64,000 bases of DNA from contig NZ_CACMSM010000007.1 in the NCBI RefSeq assembly GCF_902616385.1, forward strand, positions 5,869 through 69,868, given 5' to 3'. This stretch comes from an uncultured Prochlorococcus sp. GTDB lineage: Bacteria; Cyanobacteriota; Cyanobacteriia; PCC-6307; Cyanobiaceae. Shown here in pieces: positions 59,518 to 64,000 of the stretch. Numbering within the stretch: the stretch's first letter is position 1; every line of letters begins with the position of its first letter. The notes beneath the pieces are model-generated. The model was not told where the DNA came from and did not search any database. It was given only the letters and a program-made list of their open reading frames with translations. Position numbers and translations under genes: made by a program.

Positions 59518-60987
59518 TTGAGAGATTTACTTAAAAAACCTATATGGAAAAATTTAGAGTTGGGATATGCAATTCCTGATAGTATTCATGCCGTTTCTGT
59601 AGCATTACCAACTTGGAATGATGTAATAAATTATGAGGAAAAAGATCAAGAATGCATGAATTTATTGAAGTCCATTTACCCACGATTCGGGCTAAACCCT
59701 GTAGTGAAAAGATTATGCGAAAAAGTAAAAAAACAAAATTACTACAATAATAAAAGTATCTGGCCATATCCAAATGAAAGCATAGCTTTTAAAGCTAAAA
59801 AATACATTGATAGAAATACTTCTGAACAATTCTCGTTAATAGAAAAAAGAGATAATTTAGCTTTCTTATTAACTGAAAAAGAAGGAAGTATTTATGCAAA
59901 ATATTTTTGGCAACATACTGGTCTTGGTCTATCTTCAAGAGCTGCCGCTATAGAACTAGGTCTTGAAGATTGCCCTCCAAAATCATACATAAATGAATGT
60001 TCTCAAAGAATAAAAAATAGAATTTCTAAATCTACAAAGATTAACTCTAATGATATTCACTTAACTTCATCTGGAATGTCTGCATTGTATACATCATTAG
60101 AAATAATATATAAATTATTTCCAGCTAAACCAACACTCCAAGTTGGTTTTCCATATGTAGATGTACTTAAATTACCAATGAAAATCTTTCATGGAGCAAA
60201 GTTAATTACAGAAGAGAATTGCGCGGATATTGAATTAGAAATCAAAAGAATAAATCCATCAGCATTAATTATTGAACTTCCAAGTAATCCAATGCTCAAA
60301 TGTGTAAACATTAAAAAAATTTCAAAAATTGCAAAAAAGCTAAATATTCCCTTAATTGTTGACGATACAATTGGTTCGAATTTAAATATAAATTCCCCAG
60401 AATATGCAGATATAGTTTTTACTTCACTTACAAAAATATTTTCAGGTAGTGGTGATATTCTTGCCGGATCATTAATACTAAATCCAAAAAGCAAATGGAT
60501 TGATCAGTTTAGAAATGCATTAAACGAGATTAATCTTCCATTACTTTCCGATGGAGATATAGTTTATCTAGAGAAGGTTAGTAGAGATGTAAATGAAAGA
60601 GTTTTTGAACAAAATAAAGCATGTTTAGAATTAAAAAAAAGATTAGAGACCCATAGCGATATTAAAAATATTTTCCATCCTGAAAATTGTCCAAATTATA
60701 ATTCTTTACTTACTTCTGATGGAGGATACGGCTGCTTATTATCATTTGAATTAAATGGAGGATTAAACAAAGCTAAGAAATTTTATGATTCTCTAAAATT
60801 ATCTAAAGGACCTAGTTTAGGTACAAAATTTACTCTAGTTTGTCCTTATGTTTTACTAGCACATTATGACGAGTTAGATTGGGCTGAAAGTTTTGGTATA
60901 CCCTCGCACCTTATTAGAGTATCAGTTGGATTAGAAGACCAAGATCAATTATGGAAAAGCTTTTCTGAAGCACTAAATAATTTCTAA
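59518..60987 (+). CDS. second, longer Cys/Met-metabolism PLP-dependent enzyme paralogue (TTG start)
   Basis: 489 aa with the PLP-lysine context TSLTKIFSGSGD. The C-terminal pattern is HLIRVSVGLED. It carries extra N-terminal sequence relative to its neighbour. Confidence 0.75.
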   Translation: MRDLLKKPIWKNLELGYAIPDSIHAVSVALPTWNDVINYEEKDQECMNLLKSIYPRFGLNPVVKRLCEKVKKQNYYNNKSIWPYPNESIAFKAKKYIDRNTSEQFSLIEKRDNLAFLLTEKEGSIYAKYFWQHTGLGLSSRAAAIELGLEDCPPKSYINECSQRIKNRISKSTKINSNDIHLTSSGMSALYTSLEIIYKLFPAKPTLQVGFPYVDVLKLPMKIFHGAKLITEENCADIELEIKRINPSALIIELPSNPMLKCVNIKKISKIAKKLNIPLIVDDTIGSNLNINSPEYADIVFTSLTKIFSGSGDILAGSLILNPKSKWIDQFRNALNEINLPLLSDGDIVYLEKVSRDVNERVFEQNKACLELKKRLETHSDIKNIFHPENCPNYNSLLTSDGGYGCLLSFELNGGLNKAKKFYDSLKLSKGPSLGTKFTLVCPYVLLAHYDELDWAESFGIPSHLIRVSVGLEDQDQLWKSFSEALNNF

Positions 60988-61072
60988 ATTCCTAGTATTT
61001 ACCGTATAGAAACTTATATACTCTTTTTCTGAAATATAGTTAGTATTAATGTATATTTTCTCAATACTATAA

Positions 61073-62059
61073 ATGGCAAAAATTTATGAGGACAACAGTT
61101 TTGCTATTGGAAACACTCCACTAGTAAAATTAAAATCAGTTACTAAAAACGCAAAAGCTACAGTACTTGCAAAAATTGAAGGTAGAAACCCTGCTTATAG
61201 TGTCAAATGTAGGATTGGCGCCAACATGATCTGGGATGCAGAGAAAAGTGGGAAGCTTACAAAAGACAAAACTATTGTTGAGCCAACTTCTGGAAATACA
61301 GGAATTGCTCTAGCTTTTACTGCTTCAGCAAGAGGTTATAAACTGATCCTTACAATGCCAGAATCCATGTCAATTGAAAGAAGAAGGGTTATGGCAGTGT
61401 TGGGTGCTGAAATTGTTTTAACAGAGGCGTCTAAAGGTATGCCTGGAGCAATAGCTAAGGCTAAAGAAATTGCAGAAAGTAATCCTTCTCAATATTTCAT
61501 GCCAGGTCAATTTGATAATCCAGCAAACCCTGAAATTCATTTCAAAACTACTGGACCAGAAATCTGGGATGATTGCGATGGTGAAATTGATGTTTTAGTT
61601 GCAGGGGTTGGAACTGGGGGAACAATTACAGGAGTTTCAAGATACATTAAGCAAGAGAAGGGCAAAAATATTACTTCTGTAGCGGTAGAGCCCTCACATA
61701 GTCCTGTTATTACACAAACTATGAATGGAGAAGAGGTTAAATCTGGACCACATAAAATTCAAGGAATTGGAGCAGGATTTATACCTAAGAACCTAGACTT
61801 GTCAATTGTTGATAAGGTTGAACAGGTAACAAATGATGAGTCAATCGAGATGGCTCTTAGATTAGCAAAAGAAGAAGGTTTATTAGTTGGAATATCTTGT
61901 GGAGCTGCTGCTGCTGCTGCTATTAGATTAGCTGAACAAGATGAATATGCGGGAAAAACTATTGTAGTTGTTCTACCTGATTTAGCAGAGAGATATTTAT
62001 CATCAATTATGTTTACTGAAGTTCCAAGCGGAATTATTCAAGAACCAGTCAAAGCTTAA
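61073..62059 (+). CDS. cysK: cysteine synthase A (O-acetylserine sulfhydrylase)
   Basis: IGNTPLV, PLP lysine in [19 protein letters not shown] and [10 protein letters not shown] motifs. Confidence 0.95.
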   Translation: MAKIYEDNSFAIGNTPLVKLKSVTKNAKATVLAKIEGRNPAYSVKCRIGANMIWDAEKSGKLTKDKTIVEPTSGNTGIALAFTASARGYKLILTMPESMSIERRRVMAVLGAEIVLTEASKGMPGAIAKAKEIAESNPSQYFMPGQFDNPANPEIHFKTTGPEIWDDCDGEIDVLVAGVGTGGTITGVSRYIKQEKGKNITSVAVEPSHSPVITQTMNGEEVKSGPHKIQGIGAGFIPKNLDLSIVDKVEQVTNDESIEMALRLAKEEGLLVGISCGAAAAAAIRLAEQDEYAGKTIVVVLPDLAERYLSSIMFTEVPSGIIQEPVKA

Positions 62060-62061
62060 AT

Positions 62062-63186
62062 CTATTTTTTCTTCAGTAATGAATCTGGTGAAATATACAT
62101 AGCATCGCCATAAGAGAAAAATCTAAATTTTTCTCTTATGGCTTTTTTATACAAATCTAATAATCTTTCTCTACCAATCATTGCACTTACTAATAGTAAT
62201 AAAGAGCTTTTAGGAAGATGAAAATTAGTTAATAATCCATCAACTACCTTAAATTTATAACCTGGCTTAATTACTAAATCCACGTATTTCGCTATGGGAA
62301 TAAAGTCATTAATTTCGTGTGAATAACAACTTTCAAGAGCTCTCACGCTAGTTGTCCCAATAGCAATAATTCTTCTATCTGTTTTCTTTATTTTTTTTAT
62401 TTCCTCCACTACTACATTATTAACACTTACCCATTCTTTATGAAGTTTTAAGTCACTTAGATCTTCTTGATCAATTGGTTTGAATGTTCCATAGCCTACG
62501 TGCAAAGTTATAGGTAAAATTATTACTCCTTTTTTTTTTAGATTGGAAATAAGACTTTTACTTAAGTGTAAACCAGCAGTTGGCGCAGCAACGGCCCCTG
62601 GATTAGTTGCATACTCAGTTTGATAACTATTCTCATGAAAAGATTCTTCTTCGGCATTTTTTATGTAAGGCGGTAGAGGGATTTCACCGTATTTATCAAG
62701 AAGGTCATTCATTGAATTGAGATCAGTTATGTTTTCTGGAAATTTAATAAATCTCCCTCCAGTTTCTTCATCAACCCCATCAACCATCAAATTAATATCT
62801 TGTGCAGAAGGAGATTTTAAAATTATTTTTCTATTTATTTTTAACTTTTTCGCTGGCTTTGCCAAACATAACCAAACACATTCATGGGATCTTTCTAAGA
62901 CTAATAATTCGACCAACGTCTTATTTTCTAATTCAACCTTTAACCTTGCCTTCATTACTTTAGTATTGTTTACAACTACAAGATCGCCTTTTCTAAATTC
63001 ATCTAAAAGATTCTTGGTAAATTTATTAGTTAAGCAATTCTCTTCTAAAACACTATTTCTAACTATCATCAATCTTGATTCATGCCTTATTGCAGAAGGT
63101 TTACTAGCAATTAATGAAGGATCAAGAAAGTAATCATAAGCTTCAAGCTTATAATCTCTTCCTTCATTATTTATTTGAGAAATCAA
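62062..63186 (-). CDS. queA: S-adenosylmethionine:tRNA ribosyltransferase-isomerase
   Basis: AAPTAGLH, LHVGYGTF and FFSYGDAM motifs. Length is 374 aa. Confidence 0.95.
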   Translation of the reverse strand: MISQINNEGRDYKLEAYDYFLDPSLIASKPSAIRHESRLMIVRNSVLEENCLTNKFTKNLLDEFRKGDLVVVNNTKVMKARLKVELENKTLVELLVLERSHECVWLCLAKPAKKLKINRKIILKSPSAQDINLMVDGVDEETGGRFIKFPENITDLNSMNDLLDKYGEIPLPPYIKNAEEESFHENSYQTEYATNPGAVAAPTAGLHLSKSLISNLKKKGVIILPITLHVGYGTFKPIDQEDLSDLKLHKEWVSVNNVVVEEIKKIKKTDRRIIAIGTTSVRALESCYSHEINDFIPIAKYVDLVIKPGYKFKVVDGLLTNFHLPKSSLLLLVSAMIGRERLLDLYKKAIREKFRFFSYGDAMYISPDSLLKKK

Positions 63187-63192
63187 TTAAAT

Positions 63193-64000
63193 TTAAGATA
63201 CAAATGTCTCTGGCTCATTTTCAATCAGGTAAGCCAAGTCTTTCAAGAATGAAGCACCATCAGCGCCATAGATCACTCTGTGATCAGCTGTGAGATTTAC
63301 TTGCATTATTTTTTTAACAGATATTGAACCATCACTATTAGCTACAACAGTTGGTTTCGATGATGCTATCGCTAAGATCGCACCGGTCCCTGGGGGAAGT
63401 ATTGCGTCAAATCTATCAACACCAAACATACCAAGGTTAGATAAGGTAAATGTTCCCGTTGAGTATTCATCTGGTTCTAATTGTTTTGATCTCGATCTTT
63501 TTACGAGATCTTTCCATTCCCTAGATAATTCAAATAAATCAGTATTGCATGGTTCTTTTAATACTGGAGTTATTAGTCCCCCATCTTCCATCGCAACAGC
63601 GACAGCAATATTTATATTTTCTGGATAAGAAATTCCATTTTCTGAAAAACTTGAGTTAACTTGGGGATGTTTCTTAAGTGTCTTTGCAACTGCCTTTACA
63701 AGCAAAGCAGTCATAGTAACTCCGTTCTGTTTTACCTTTTTGTAGAAATTATCTAATTTATCTGTGTTGATAGAGTATCCCACCCTAAAACATGGAACAT
63801 CTAGACTAGATTCCATATTTTTATTTACCGCTTTTTGAAGAGTATTAAATTGAACTGTTTCTCCAGGATTACCAAAACTATTCCCTGAAGCTTCTTGTTT
63901 ACTTGCAACTCCCAAATTTGCACTAGGGATACTTGCAGGAGATCCACCTTCGCCTATCCATGGTATAGAAACTGGTTGGCCATTAGCTTTTAAAATATCA
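63193..64000 (-). CDS. pdhC: pyruvate dehydrogenase E2 (dihydrolipoamide acetyltransferase), C-terminal catalytic domain; N-terminus lies beyond the window
   Basis: 2-oxoacid dehydrogenase acyltransferase domain with the active site DHRVIYGADGASFL. The frame stays open upstream of the ORF-track start through to base 64000 (..DILKANGQPVSIPWIGEGGSPASIPSANLGV..). Confidence 0.9.
   Translation of the reverse strand, partial: DILKANGQPVSIPWIGEGGSPASIPSANLGVASKQEASGNSFGNPGETVQFNTLQKAVNKNMESSLDVPCFRVGYSINTDKLDNFYKKVKQNGVTMTALLVKAVAKTLKKHPQVNSSFSENGISYPENINIAVAVAMEDGGLITPVLKEPCNTDLFELSREWKDLVKRSRSKQLEPDEYSTGTFTLSNLGMFGVDRFDAILPPGTGAILAIASSKPTVVANSDGSISVKKIMQVNLTADHRVIYGADGASFLKDLAYLIENEPETFVS

Noticed and set aside
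1-64000. Genomic island, prophage, defence system, toxin-antitoxin pair, integrase or tRNA-flanked insertion
   Set aside because: Composition is uniform by eye. Nearly every gene is a recognisable housekeeping, photosynthesis or respiration gene. No integrase, transposase, restriction or Cas-like sequences and no tRNA attachment sites were seen.

Overview
This is a strongly AT-rich, very gene-dense chromosomal segment with short intergenic gaps and several 4-nt start/stop overlaps. The gene content includes psaF-psaJ, petC-petA, ctaAB/ctaCDE, ndhB, chlG, an hli gene, a groEL with a GGM tail, mqo, arsM and a CobT-like UPF0284 gene. Together with the protein sequences, this looks like core genome of a high-light-adapted Prochlorococcus-type marine picocyanobacterium. 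I can support about 70 protein-coding genes. I see no rRNA or tRNA genes, no CRISPR array, and no transposase, integrase or other mobile-element signature. Five genes are missing from the supplied ORF track because they are under 60 aa or use a TTG start: an hli gene (1214-1390), psaJ (3125-3259), a DUF2256-type zinc-ribbon ORF (45328-45459) and two 59-aa ORFs. Both window edges cut genes: a Na+/H+ antiporter at the left and the pyruvate dehydrogenase E2 at the right. The most interesting locus is 52255-52601. It contains a GTA-N8-TAC (NtcA-type) box overlapping a TATAAT promoter, a glutamine-riboswitch-like (Downstream-peptide type) leader, a 57-aa triple-YRG mini-protein and a strong terminator. 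Second is a tightly packed four-gene photolyase-associated operon (43841-46106) whose photolyase-like protein appears to lack the usual CxxC Fe-S ligands. Third is a DUF2232 / CobT-like / Tat-lipoprotein trio (27826-30631). All functional calls come from reading the translated sequences by eye; no database search was run.
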